64,000 nucleotides of DNA, from contig CAVXRD010000003.1 in NCBI GenBank assembly GCA_963764165.1, positions 64,001 to 128,000 of the forward strand, written 5' to 3'. Below are positions 50,271 to 59,951 of this stretch, one piece after another. The notes under the pieces are model-generated. The model saw only the letters and a list, made by a program, of their open reading frames with translations, had not been told where the DNA came from and searched no databases. Made by a program: the position numbers and the translations under genes. Source of the DNA: an uncultured Verrucomicrobiae bacterium (GTDB lineage Bacteria; Verrucomicrobiota; Verrucomicrobiia; Limisphaerales; Palsa-1400). Within the stretch, counting starts at the first letter, position 1; each line of letters opens with the position of its first letter.

Positions 50271-50894
50271 TTATTTCAACAGCCCCATAACCACGGCTTG
50301 CGCTTCTTGCTTGGCGGTGAGAACGCTCTTGAGATGTTCCTGGGCATCTTCAAGCTTGGCCTGTTTATCCTTCCGCGCCGCGCGATATTTTTCCAGCGCA
50401 GCTTTGATATCCGCAGTCGAGGCGTTTTTTTCGAGGGCATCCTGCAGCGCCTGCTTTTCGGGGCTTGGCGGCGGCCCGAAACCATTTCGATTTCTCCGGC
50501 CACCCTGATCATTCGAGCGCGGGGCGCGATCATCGCGGGAACCGCCGGCAGAATCGGCCTGCCGGGCAAAGCCTGGCGGTCCGCCGGGACCGAACATCAT
50601 CAACCCGCCGCGATCCTCGCCGTCACGGCGCGCGTCCATCACCTTTTGGACCAGCGGCTGAATGACGGCCCACTCGTCGTCGTTGGTGACTTCGAGGCTG
50701 CGCTTGCAGCCTTCCATCATGCGCTTCTGAAACTCGGCGGGGTCCCAATTTCCGCCCGGTCCTCCGGGACCGACGACGATGGCTTGCCCGGGAGGAGGCC
50801 CGCCAGGGCCGCCATCATCTTGAGCCATCAGATTTCCGGCCGAGGTCGAAAATGCCAGAGCGAATAACACGCAGATCACGCTTCGAATTTTCAT
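50271..50894 (-). CDS. Secreted helical protein with Gly/Pro-rich segments (Spy/CpxP-like character)
   Basis: Signal peptide; GGPGG repeats; DDEWAVIQP; C-terminal VLT.KQEA. Confidence 0.75.
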   Translation of the reverse strand: MKIRSVICVLFALAFSTSAGNLMAQDDGGPGGPPPGQAIVVGPGGPGGNWDPAEFQKRMMEGCKRSLEVTNDDEWAVIQPLVQKVMDARRDGEDRGGLMMFGPGGPPGFARQADSAGGSRDDRAPRSNDQGGRRNRNGFGPPPSPEKQALQDALEKNASTADIKAALEKYRAARKDKQAKLEDAQEHLKSVLTAKQEAQAVVMGLLK

Positions 50895-50930
50895 GCCTCA
50901 ACTATAAAAACTCACCCCCGCCGGCGTCAC

Positions 50931-50958
50931 GCAAAGATTTGTTAAGAATTGTTAAGAT
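50931..50958. promoter_or_regulatory. 10-bp direct repeat TTGTTAAGAA/TTGTTAAGAT, candidate response-regulator site
   Basis: Two near-perfect copies at 50939-50958 plus a weaker third, about 45 bp upstream of the 50894 start. Confidence 0.5.
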
Positions 50959-50993
50959 TGCCGCGGACGAGCCCTAACGCGCACCGCCGTCTG

Positions 50994-51581
50994 TCAATTC
51001 TTCGGGATGGGACGGTAGATTCTGAGCCAGCCTTCTTCCAGCTTGTCCAGCCGCACGGCGCCTTCTTCCACGATTTCAGTTTTGTTGACATGCTGCTGAT
51101 AGACCTTCAACGACTTCTGGCTGATCTCCCGCACAATAGAGGTGTGATGCGCGTAGTGCGCCTTGGCGAAACGGGCGTTGCGATACTGCACAATGTCCCC
51201 CGGATGCACGTCGCTGATCTCCCCCGTAATCTTTACGCCATTCGGTCCCGCTTCCACCAGCAGAATCTGCCGACCCCAGACGTAATCCCCGGTTTCGGGG
51301 GAATCCGGCCCTCCGCGCGTTTTCGCGCCCGCCTCTTTCAGCGCCTGGGATGCAAGCCCAGCGCACTGCCCATTTCCGACCCTCTGACCAAGATGATTCT
51401 GGCAATAAGCGATGATCTTTGGCGCAATGGCGGACCCTGGCTCATCATCGGCAAAAGCCGATTGGGCAATTCCCACTGCGGCCAACAGCCATAGGCACAC
51501 GGCTGCCATGGCTTGGGTTCGACCATTCCAACTTCCCCGCACAGTGTTTCGTAAGATAATTATGCGAGAGATATTCATCAA
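50994..51581 (-). CDS. Secreted CHAP/NlpC-P60-like cysteine hydrolase
   Basis: Signal-like hydrophobic stretch; VGNGQC (candidate catalytic Cys); PGDIVQY; HHTSIV (candidate His); VYQQ. Start may be ATG 51509. Confidence 0.65.
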   Translation of the reverse strand: MMNISRIIILRNTVRGSWNGRTQAMAAVCLWLLAAVGIAQSAFADDEPGSAIAPKIIAYCQNHLGQRVGNGQCAGLASQALKEAGAKTRGGPDSPETGDYVWGRQILLVEAGPNGVKITGEISDVHPGDIVQYRNARFAKAHYAHHTSIVREISQKSLKVYQQHVNKTEIVEEGAVRLDKLEEGWLRIYRPIPKN

Positions 51582-51806
51582 GAGCTCTGGTTATAACTCT
51601 TGCCACCGTCATTAGGCAATATTATCCAGAATCGAAATCAGCCGCAAATCCGAACAGTGGCGGCGGGGCCAGAGCGTAATGTTGACCTTGCGCAAGCAGG
51701 ATAAGAGGCCGGAATCATTAGTCGGGCGATGGGAGGGGATGCGAATTGTGGGAATCGTGCCCCACGCCCTGCCAAAACGTGGTTTGCGCATTCCCAAAAG
51801 AATCGC

Positions 51807-51835
51807 TTGCATTCCACTTGAGGCCCAATTATTCT
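51807..51835 (+). promoter_or_regulatory. Sigma70-like promoter of the rpsP operon
   Basis: TTGCAT-17bp-TATTCT. Confidence 0.55.
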
Positions 51836-51915
51836 CTCCAACCTTTTTGGACACCGCGGGTGCGGTGGGCGGTGGATGTTTCGTGGCTCACCGCCGCCAC
51901 AAACATAACTATATT

Positions 51916-52170
51916 ATGGCAGTCAGAATTCGTTTGAAACGCGTCGGAGCCAAAAATGCTCCCTATTACCGCGTCGTGGTGGCCGATTCGCGCAGCCCGC
52001 GCGACGGCAAATTTATCGAGGAAATCGGCAGTTATCAACCCATGAAAGCGGGCGATAATTGCAAAATCGACCTCGAACGGGCCAAGTATTGGGTCAGCAA
52101 AGGCGCCCACCCCAGCGATACGGTCGCCAGCTTCATCAAGAAACTGAACAAAGCCGTTGTCCCGGCCTAA
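51916..52170 (+). CDS. rpsP: 30S ribosomal protein S16
   Basis: [10 protein letters not shown]....[24 protein letters not shown]. Confidence 0.98.
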   Translation: MAVRIRLKRVGAKNAPYYRVVVADSRSPRDGKFIEEIGSYQPMKAGDNCKIDLERAKYWVSKGAHPSDTVASFIKKLNKAVVPA

Positions 52171-52195
52171 GTTTGATTTTGGACTGCTTTTGCCT

Positions 52196-52447
52196 ATGCA
52201 AGCGTTCCTGGAATATGTGGTTAAGGGTCTGGTCAGCCATCCGGAAAATGTCACGGTGACGCCGGTGGTCAAGGAAGCCCTGACCATTTATGAATTGCGA
52301 ATGCATCCAGACGACGTAGGCAAGATCATTGGCCGCCAGGGCATGACTATCAATGCTTTGCGGTCGTTGCTGCTGGCGGGCAGCGCCAAGAAGGCGCTCC
52401 GCTGCACGCTGGAAATTGTCGAGGATTCCCCGGCCCCGGCCGCGTGA
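52196..52447 (+). CDS. khpA: KH-domain RNA-binding protein
   Basis: [22 protein letters not shown]; follows rpsP. Confidence 0.9.
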   Translation: MQAFLEYVVKGLVSHPENVTVTPVVKEALTIYELRMHPDDVGKIIGRQGMTINALRSLLLAGSAKKALRCTLEIVEDSPAPAA

Positions 52448-53136
52448 GAATAGACGTGCTCACGCTGTTCCCGGAGATGTTCACGGGACCGATTGATGTG
52501 AGCATCCTCCAGCGGGCCCGCAAAACAGGTTTGCTGGATTTGCGGGTGCATAATCTGCGGGATTACACGCACGACAATTATAAAACGGTCGATGACCGGC
52601 CGTTCGGTGGCGGCCCGGGCATGGTGCTGAAACCGGAACCGATTTTTGAGGCGGTCGAAGCCGTGGCCGACGAGACGACGAAGATCGTCATGATGTCGCC
52701 GGCGGGACGGAAGTTCGACCAGGGGATAGCGCGGCAACTGGCCGCCGAGCCGAGGCTGCTGCTGATTGGCGGCGCTTACGAAGGGGTGGACGAACGGGTG
52801 CGGACGGAATTGGCCGATGACGAATTATCGATCGGCGATTACGTGCTGACCAACGGTTCGCTGGCCGCAATGGTGGTCATCGACGCCGTGACGCGGCTGC
52901 TGCCCGGCGTTTTGGGCGATGACCAGAGTTCGCTGGACGAGTCGTTCAGCGGGGGCATGCTGGAGTATCCGCATTACACGCGGCCGGCGGAGTATCGGGG
53001 ATTGAAAGTCCCGCCGATATTGCTGTCCGGCAACCATGCGGAGATTGAGAAGTGGCGGCGGGAACAGGCGGCCTTGCGGACGCGCGAACGACGCCCGGAT
53101 TTGTGGCAGAAATTTGGAACGAAAGAGAATTTATGA
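52444..53136 (+). CDS. trmD: tRNA (guanine-N1)-methyltransferase
   Basis: [40 protein letters not shown]. Confidence 0.98.
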   Translation: MRIDVLTLFPEMFTGPIDVSILQRARKTGLLDLRVHNLRDYTHDNYKTVDDRPFGGGPGMVLKPEPIFEAVEAVADETTKIVMMSPAGRKFDQGIARQLAAEPRLLLIGGAYEGVDERVRTELADDELSIGDYVLTNGSLAAMVVIDAVTRLLPGVLGDDQSSLDESFSGGMLEYPHYTRPAEYRGLKVPPILLSGNHAEIEKWRREQAALRTRERRPDLWQKFGTKENL

Positions 53137-53540
53137 ACCAGGCATTGTTAGACAAAATTGAATCGGAACAATTTCACAAGAACCCAGCGAAATTCGAAGT
53201 GGGTGACTCGGTGAAGGTGCACACCAAGGTCGTGGAAGGCGACAAGGAACGCATCCAGATTTTCTCGGGCGTGGTCATTGGCTGCCGCGGCCGCGGGTTG
53301 AACTGCACGTTCACCGTCCGCCGCATCAGCTACGGCGAAGGCGTCGAGCGCATTTTCCCTATGCACTCGCCGCGCATCGACAAAGTTGAAGTCGAGCGCA
53401 AAGGCTCCGTCCGCCGCGCGAAATTGACTTATCTGCGCGACCGCATCGGCAAGGGCGCGACCCTTGTCAAAGAGAACAAAGAGCGTGATGTGAAGCCGGC
53501 TTCCGCCGCGGCTGCTCCTGCTCCTGCCGCCGCCAAGTAA
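53133..53540 (+). CDS. rplS: 50S ribosomal protein L19
   Basis: GDSVKV, EG.KERIQ.F.G, FTVRRIS.G.GVER.FP, VRRAKL.YLR. Confidence 0.98.
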   Translation: MNQALLDKIESEQFHKNPAKFEVGDSVKVHTKVVEGDKERIQIFSGVVIGCRGRGLNCTFTVRRISYGEGVERIFPMHSPRIDKVEVERKGSVRRAKLTYLRDRIGKGATLVKENKERDVKPASAAAAPAPAAAK

Positions 53541-53600
53541 TCGGCGGTTTGCGGTTTGGGTCGGTTGGGCGCATATTGCGCGCGTCGAACGAACGTTGTT

Positions 53601-55685
53601 ATGCTGACAAATCGTTGGTGGCGTGTTGTGTTTCTGTGGGCGGTCTGCCTTGCGTTTTCCGCCGCCGCCCAGCCCGCGCCCGTCACCAGCACCAGCTTGA
53701 TCCTTTCCGCGGATGCCGCGAAGCCGGGCGAAACGGTTTGGGCTGGATTGCGGATGGACATCCCCTCCGGCTGGCACGTCTACTGGCGGAACGGCGGGGA
53801 TTCCGGCGCTCCAGTCAGCATCTCGTGGACGCTCCCTCCCGGTGTCACGGCTGGCCCAATCATCTGGCCAACTCCTTTCAAGGAAGTCGACAAAGGCGGT
53901 GACGAACAATTCGTCACTTACGTTTATTCCAATCAAGTCGTATTGTTGACTCAGCTCAAGCTGGCGGATGATGCGAAGCCCGGTTCGTTGACACTGAAGG
54001 CATCTGTCAATTGGCTGGAATGCTCGAAACAGTGCGTGATGGCCAACAGCGATGTCGATGCGACTCTCGCTGTGGGAGCCGAAGATAAGCCTTCCCCCGC
54101 GGCTGCGGTGATCGAGCAATGGCGCAAGAAAATCCCTTCGGCCGCGCCTGCGGACATCGTCACTGTTTACTGGCAGGGCACGCAAATCGTCAGCAATTCA
54201 CGCCCATTTGTCATCGAGTGGAAAACCGGCCCGGCGTCCGCCGATTTTTATCCTAACGGCGGATCAAACTATACCGTCGAAGGCGCGACGGAAATTCTGA
54301 AAACCGAAGGAGGCGGAGTTCGCATCAAGAAGATGCTCACCAAATCCGGCGACACATGGCCCGATCATGTCGAGGGCGTTCTGGTGGGGGATCCGGCTAC
54401 TCCTAAACAAGTGGGAATGGAAGTCAGTCTGAACATTCAGCCTCCGCGCCCGACGGAAAAAAAATCCACCGCGCCCATCGCACCGGCTGAATTGTTTACC
54501 ATGCTTTCGTTTGCGTTTTTGGGCGGCCTGATTCTGAACATAATGCCGTGCGTGCTGCCGGTCATTGCGCTGAAAATTTTCAGCTTTGTCAAACAAGCGG
54601 GGGAAAAACCGGGGCGCGTTCGGAACCTGGGGCTTGTCTATGGCGCTGGCGTGTTGGTGTCGTTTTTGGCGCTGGCGGGCTTTACGATCGCCGTGCAGGC
54701 GGCCGGGGGACAGGCCAATTGGGGCGCCCTTCTCCGAATTCCGAGCGTGCAATTGGGAACGACCGTGCTGGTGACATTGATTGCCCTGAATTTGTTCGGG
54801 CTTTTCGAAATCACCTTGAGTTCTCGCGCCACCGGAACAGCTTACGAACTTGCCTCGAAGGAAGGCTTTGCGGGCGCGTTTTTCAATGGCGTTCTGGCGA
54901 CCCTGCTGGCGACTCCCTGCACGGCCCCATTTCTCGGCGCGGCGGTCACGTTTGCCCTGGGGCAATCGGCTCTCGTGACTGTGTTATTCTTTTTGACGGC
55001 GGGGATTGGCTTTGCCTTTCCATTCGTGGTGCTTTGCGTGCAACCGCGGTGGATAAGCTGGCTGCCTAAACCGGGCGCATGGATGGAAAAATTTAAAATT
55101 GCAATGGGTTTCCCCATGCTTGCCACCGCTTTCTGGCTCATGTGGATTTCTGCCAGCGACGAAAATTCCATCCTGTGGCTCGGCATGTTTCTGGTTATGC
55201 TTGGAATGGTGGCGTGGATTTGGGGACAGTTCGTGCAGCGTGGCAGGAAAGGCAAAGCCTGGGCCGCGGCTCTTTGCGTCATTCTGCTGGGGCTGGATTA
55301 TTCTTTTGTGCTGAACGGCCACGTGTCGGAAATCAATTGGCAACCGTGGAGCGCGGACGCCGTCGAAAAAGCGCAGCGCGAAGGCCATCTGGTCCTGGTG
55401 GATTTTACCGCCAAAAGCTGCCTGACGTGCCAGGTTAACAGGGCGTCCGCCATCGAAGTCAAATCGACGCGCGAAAAGCTTAAAAAAATGGGAGTCGTCG
55501 CGCTGGTTGGCGATTACACCCGCGAAGACCCGGCTATCGGGAAGGAGCTCCGCCATTACAATCATTCAGGCGTGCCGCTGGTTTTGGTGTTTCCCAAGGA
55601 CCCGAGCAAGCCTCCCATCGAGTTGCCGACTTTTCCGTTAACACCATCCGACGTTGCCGCTGCGCTGGATCGCGCGGCGATGTAA
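53601..55685 (+). CDS. dsbD: Protein-disulfide reductase of the DsbD family
   Basis: N-domain GWHVYW.N.GDSG and C...C; TM domain LNIMPCVLP and ATPCTAPF; thioredoxin domain DFTA..CLTC. Confidence 0.9.
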   Translation: MLTNRWWRVVFLWAVCLAFSAAAQPAPVTSTSLILSADAAKPGETVWAGLRMDIPSGWHVYWRNGGDSGAPVSISWTLPPGVTAGPIIWPTPFKEVDKGGDEQFVTYVYSNQVVLLTQLKLADDAKPGSLTLKASVNWLECSKQCVMANSDVDATLAVGAEDKPSPAAAVIEQWRKKIPSAAPADIVTVYWQGTQIVSNSRPFVIEWKTGPASADFYPNGGSNYTVEGATEILKTEGGGVRIKKMLTKSGDTWPDHVEGVLVGDPATPKQVGMEVSLNIQPPRPTEKKSTAPIAPAELFTMLSFAFLGGLILNIMPCVLPVIALKIFSFVKQAGEKPGRVRNLGLVYGAGVLVSFLALAGFTIAVQAAGGQANWGALLRIPSVQLGTTVLVTLIALNLFGLFEITLSSRATGTAYELASKEGFAGAFFNGVLATLLATPCTAPFLGAAVTFALGQSALVTVLFFLTAGIGFAFPFVVLCVQPRWISWLPKPGAWMEKFKIAMGFPMLATAFWLMWISASDENSILWLGMFLVMLGMVAWIWGQFVQRGRKGKAWAAALCVILLGLDYSFVLNGHVSEINWQPWSADAVEKAQREGHLVLVDFTAKSCLTCQVNRASAIEVKSTREKLKKMGVVALVGDYTREDPAIGKELRHYNHSGVPLVLVFPKDPSKPPIELPTFPLTPSDVAAALDRAAM

Positions 55686-55727
55686 ATATAAATATATTTG
55701 ACATATTAGAACGACAAGAATTGCCAT

Positions 55728-56228
55728 ATGCCAGAAACATCGAATCAACCGTTAGTGGGCGTCATCATGGGAAGCCAGTCTGATTGGGAAGTGATGCAGC
55801 ACGCCGCCAAGCAACTGTCCGACCTTCACATTCCGCACGAAGTGCAGGTGATCTCCGCCCATCGCACGCCGGATCTGCTTTTCGAATGGGCCACCGCAGC
55901 CGCAGGGCGGGGGATGGAAGTGATCATCGCCGCTGCTGGTGGCGCCGCGCATCTGGCGGGCGTCACAGCCGCCAAGACACCGCTCCCTGTGCTGGGCGTG
56001 CCGATGGAATCGAAGTCTCTGCATGGAATGGATTCGCTTTTGTCAATGGTGCAAATGCCAGCCGGAGTCCCGGTGGGAACACTGGCCATCGGCAAGCCCG
56101 GCGCCATCAACGCCGCGCTGCTGGCCGCCGCGATTTTGGGCAACAAACACGCCGCCATTCGCGCCGCCTACGAAGAATTCCGCAGGAAGCAAACGGAACG
56201 CGGAATCGCGAACCGGAATATTCAGTAA
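55728..56228 (+). CDS. purE: N5-CAIR mutase
   Basis: [35 protein letters not shown]. Confidence 0.97.
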   Translation: MPETSNQPLVGVIMGSQSDWEVMQHAAKQLSDLHIPHEVQVISAHRTPDLLFEWATAAAGRGMEVIIAAAGGAAHLAGVTAAKTPLPVLGVPMESKSLHGMDSLLSMVQMPAGVPVGTLAIGKPGAINAALLAAAILGNKHAAIRAAYEEFRRKQTERGIANRNIQ

Positions 56229-56240
56229 AAGTCCCGGAAT

Positions 56241-56345
56241 ATTTAATCTGGAAATCAGGAACTCTGGAAAAGAGGCTGCAGTTGGCTTCCCGCGAATCTT
56301 GAATTGGTCCTATTAGTCGTATAAGTCCTATAATTCCCATTATTC
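56241..56345. repeat. Solo family C arm followed by a 9-bp-period array
   Basis: ATTTAATCTGGAAATCAGGAACTCTGGAAA (56241-56270); GTCCTATTA GTCGTATAA GTCCTATAA TTCCCATTA (about 56307-56342). Confidence 0.7.
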
Positions 56346-56409
56346 GCGGAATATCTCTCCCCATTCAATTGACTTTTCATTCGCCGAGAGAGCAGTTACA
56401 GTCCCCCGA

Positions 56410-57306
56410 GTGAAAATCCTGATTGCATTGTTGCTGGTTGTGGCTTTGACGGCGGGATCGCTCGCCTATGGCCACGAAGTGTTGTCAACGAACACGCCAA
56501 TGCCTCTGTGGCCCGATGGCGCGCCGGGCGCCACGGGCACCGCGCCGAAGGACATACCCACTCTCACCGTTTTTCTGCCCGAGACAAACAAGGCCAACGG
56601 CGCGGCCTTTGTCATCTGCCCGGGCGGTGGCTACGGAGCGCTTGCGGAGCATGAGGGCAAAGGTTACGCGCTGTGGCTGAATCAGCTCGGCATCACCGCT
56701 TTTGTTCTGAAATACCGGCTCGGCTCAGATGGATACCGTCATCCGCGCATGCTGCAAGACGCAGCGCGGGCGTTGCGGATGGTTCGGTTTCATGCGGCGG
56801 ATTGGAAAATTGATGCGGCGCGAATTGGCATCATTGGCTCCTCGGCTGGCGGTCACCTGGCTTCGACATTGTTGACTCATTTTGACGCGGGCGCGTCGGA
56901 TGCGGCGGATCCCATTGATCGCGTCAGTTGCCGTCCTGACCTTGGTGTGCTTTGTTATCCAGTGATCACGATGGGAGACGAAACGCATCGCGGTTCGCGC
57001 GATAATTTGCTCGGCAAAGATCCTTCGCCGGAATTGGTGAAGGAGCTTTCCAACGAATTGCACGTCACCAAGGACACGCCGCCGTGCTTTATTTTTCACA
57101 CCGCTGACGACACGGCGGTGCCCGTGGAGAACAGCCTTAATTTCGCGTCGGCCCTCCGCAAGGCGTCGGTTCCCTTTGAGATTCACGTTTATCAACACGG
57201 CGCGCACGGCCTGGGATTGGGCACCAAATCCGACGAACCTTCGCACATGCACCCGTGGGTGCATGAATGCGAGCGGTGGATGCGGGAGCGCAGTTTTATC
57301 AAGTAA
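56410..57306 (+). CDS. Secreted alpha/beta hydrolase (carbohydrate esterase-like)
   Basis: Signal peptide; CPGGGY; GSSAGGH; D..V; HG.G. Confidence 0.9.
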   Translation: MKILIALLLVVALTAGSLAYGHEVLSTNTPMPLWPDGAPGATGTAPKDIPTLTVFLPETNKANGAAFVICPGGGYGALAEHEGKGYALWLNQLGITAFVLKYRLGSDGYRHPRMLQDAARALRMVRFHAADWKIDAARIGIIGSSAGGHLASTLLTHFDAGASDAADPIDRVSCRPDLGVLCYPVITMGDETHRGSRDNLLGKDPSPELVKELSNELHVTKDTPPCFIFHTADDTAVPVENSLNFASALRKASVPFEIHVYQHGAHGLGLGTKSDEPSHMHPWVHECERWMRERSFIK

Positions 57307-57337
57307 GAAACCAAACAACAAAAACCAAATCGCCCCT

Positions 57338-57949
57338 ATGAAAATAAACGTCCTATTGATGACGCTGGTGGCAGGACTGCTGATGTCCTGCGCGCATACA
57401 GTCCCTTACAAGCCAGCGAATAGTGTCGAGAAAGTCGAGTTCCGCCACGACCACGTCAACATTTATCCCGAGGATGTGCGCAAATTTCCCGATCGCTACA
57501 CCAACATGACGCTGGTGTGGGCCGGGTTGATCGTCACCAATGGCGCGACTGAGGAGGATCTCGGCGGGAAGATCCGCATGGAAACGCTGGTCGACCACCG
57601 CTACTTCGATTGGGAGCAGGAGCGCTTCGAGGGCGATCCGAAGCTTCTTGTTTCCCCGCGCGGAGAGGGCTTTTTCACGATGCAGTGGGAAGTGGAGAAA
57701 ACCGATGCAGATTCAAGTTTCGCGGACGCGTCAAAATACGCGGCGCCCGGAAAATTGGCCATCGTCTATGGAACTCCCCTCTCGGTGGATGAAGATGGTG
57801 TCATCAAAATGCGCTACCACTACATCCGCATTTTGGATCGGACTGAATTCAGCACGGATGTCATCACTTACGGACGCACCGGCAAAGAGCCGTTCAGGCC
57901 CGTTGATCGGCACCGGGCGACCGGACCGGCGAGCAGCGCGTCACATTGA
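57338..57949 (+). CDS. Lipoprotein, Slp-family-like
   Basis: Lipobox LMSC; V...PDRY....LVWAG.I and Y..PG....VYG patterns resemble Slp. Confidence 0.6.
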   Translation: MKINVLLMTLVAGLLMSCAHTVPYKPANSVEKVEFRHDHVNIYPEDVRKFPDRYTNMTLVWAGLIVTNGATEEDLGGKIRMETLVDHRYFDWEQERFEGDPKLLVSPRGEGFFTMQWEVEKTDADSSFADASKYAAPGKLAIVYGTPLSVDEDGVIKMRYHYIRILDRTEFSTDVITYGRTGKEPFRPVDRHRATGPASSASH

Positions 57950-57974
57950 CAGCGCCCGCCCGCGCTCTTAGGCT
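57946..57974 (+). promoter_or_regulatory. Sigma70 promoter of lolE (probably leaderless)
   Basis: TTGACA-17bp-TAGGCT, ending 8 nt before the ATG at 57983. Confidence 0.6.
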
Positions 57975-57982
57975 TTGCGCAC

Positions 57983-59263
57983 ATGTCGAGGCTGCCCTTT
58001 GAGGCTTTTTTAGCGCTCCGTTATCTGCGCCCGCGCCGGACTTTCGTTTCGGTCATCACCGTCATTTCCATCATCGGCGTCCTCCTGGGCGTCGCGGTCT
58101 TGATCATCGTCATCGCCGTGATGAGCGGATTCGACCAGCAATGGCGCGACAAAATCATCGGTTTCAATGCCCACCTGAAAATTTATTCAAGCGAGAGGAA
58201 GCATCCGCTCACCAACTACGCATCGATTGTCCGCACGGTGCAGTCGAATGCGGCTGTCGTCGGCGTCTCGCCATTTGTGCGATCTCTCGTGTTGCTGTCA
58301 ACCGAACCCACCAACGGCGAGTCCGACGGCTTTCCGCCGAAGTTGATCGGGATAGATCCCGATACCATCGGCAAAGTCAGCAACATTGGCTCGAATATCA
58401 TCGCCGGCTCGATGGATTTGAGCAACAACGGCATGGTGGTTGGGCGGGAGCTGGCCGGGTATCTTGGTCTTGACCTTGGCAACCGCGTGTCAATCTATTC
58501 CGTGGACACCGTGAAGAAAATGGCGGACAGCGCCCGCAAAACAAATTCCGTAGGAGTGTTGCCGGAGGATTTCACCATTCGCGGCATTTTTGATGTCGGC
58601 TTTCCCGACTATAACAGCGAGTTCGTGGTTTGTTCGCTGGATGATGCGCTGACGCTTTTAAAAATGCCGGACGAATCGGCGGAAGCGTTGCAAATCAAGC
58701 TGACTGACCCTTTCCTCGCCGACCAGGTGAAAGGAGAATTGGAAAAAGTGCTCCCCGATACGCTCACCATCTATACGTGGCGGGATGACAATCCCGAAAT
58801 TTTCAATGCCTTGGCCACCGAGAAGAACACCATGTTTTACGTGCTGTTTTTCATCATGATCGTGGCGGCCTTCGGCATCGTGAATTGCCAGATCACATTC
58901 GTGGTGCAGAAGACGCGCGAGATCGGAATCCTCAAGGCGCTGGGCGCGACCGGCCAGCAGATCCTCTGGCTGTTCCTGAGCCAAAGCCTCGTGGTGGCGG
59001 TGCTGGGAGTCGGTTTGGGGTATGGCACTGCCATACTGGCCCTGCACTACCGCAACAGTTTTCTCGCGTTCATCCGGCAGGTGACGCATCAAGAGATTTT
59101 GCCGCCGTCGATTTATCACGCCTACGAACTTCCATCCTCAATTCAGCCTGGCGATATAGCGTTTATTTGCGGCACTGCGTTCGTGACCTGCGTGCTGGCC
59201 GGGTTGTTTCCGGCCTGGAAGGCGAGCCGGCTGCAGCCGGTGGAGGCGCTGCGGCATGAGTGA
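57983..59263 (+). CDS. lolE: Lipoprotein-releasing ABC permease (LolC/LolE family)
   Basis: ALRYLR, ISIIGV.LGVA.LI...AVMSGF, KTREIGILKALGA, PA.KASRL.PVEALR.E. Confidence 0.92.
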   Translation: MSRLPFEAFLALRYLRPRRTFVSVITVISIIGVLLGVAVLIIVIAVMSGFDQQWRDKIIGFNAHLKIYSSERKHPLTNYASIVRTVQSNAAVVGVSPFVRSLVLLSTEPTNGESDGFPPKLIGIDPDTIGKVSNIGSNIIAGSMDLSNNGMVVGRELAGYLGLDLGNRVSIYSVDTVKKMADSARKTNSVGVLPEDFTIRGIFDVGFPDYNSEFVVCSLDDALTLLKMPDESAEALQIKLTDPFLADQVKGELEKVLPDTLTIYTWRDDNPEIFNALATEKNTMFYVLFFIMIVAAFGIVNCQITFVVQKTREIGILKALGATGQQILWLFLSQSLVVAVLGVGLGYGTAILALHYRNSFLAFIRQVTHQEILPPSIYHAYELPSSIQPGDIAFICGTAFVTCVLAGLFPAWKASRLQPVEALRHE

Positions 59264-59945
59264 CCCCGCGCCAAAACTATTGGTGACAGCGCGTGGCCTG
59301 AACAAGAGCTATGTCATGGGCAAGCGGACCCTCGAAGTGCTGCGCGGCATTGATCTCGATGTTTATCGCGGCGAATTTCTGGCCCTGCGCGGCGCATCCG
59401 GCGCGGGCAAAAGCACGCTGCTGCATTTGCTCGGCGGCCTCGATCTGCCGAACTCTGGCGACGTTCATTTTAACGGCACAAACCTTCGCTCGCTTTCATC
59501 CAGCGCGCTGGCGAAATGGCGGAATCGCCGCGTTGGTTTTGTGTTTCAAGCATACCATTTGCTGCCGGAATTGAGCGCGTTGGAAAACGTGGTTTTGCCG
59601 GCGCGGCTTGCGCGTGTTGACGCCGCCGAGGCTGCCAAGCGGGGAACCGCCTTGCTGGAGCGCGTCGGATTGGGCCAGCGCCTGGAACATCGGCCTTACG
59701 AATTGTCCGGCGGCGAACAGCAGCGCGTGGCCGTGGCGCGATCCATGGTCAACGAGCCTGATTTGATTCTCGCGGACGAGCCGACAGGAAATTTGGACTC
59801 GCGCACCGGCTTGGAAATCATTGCGCTGCTCGAATCGTTGCGCACCGAGCGGCAGGCGACGCTGGTCATGGCGACCCACGATGCGGCAATTGCCGCGCGG
59901 GCTCCGCGCGTCATTGAATTGGCCGACGGCCAGCTTGCGAAATAA
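59256..59945 (+). CDS. lolD: Lipoprotein-releasing ABC ATPase
   Basis: GASGAGKST, GFVFQAYHLL, LSGGEQQR, ADEPTGNLD. Confidence 0.92.
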   Translation: MSDPAPKLLVTARGLNKSYVMGKRTLEVLRGIDLDVYRGEFLALRGASGAGKSTLLHLLGGLDLPNSGDVHFNGTNLRSLSSSALAKWRNRRVGFVFQAYHLLPELSALENVVLPARLARVDAAEAAKRGTALLERVGLGQRLEHRPYELSGGEQQRVAVARSMVNEPDLILADEPTGNLDSRTGLEIIALLESLRTERQATLVMATHDAAIAARAPRVIELADGQLAK

Positions 59946-59951
59946 TTTAGT

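Noticed and set aside
51916..53540. Absence of rimM from the rpsP-trmD-rplS operon as a novelty
   Set aside because: Operon variants without rimM occur in other lineages, and the gene could lie elsewhere; cannot be judged from this window.
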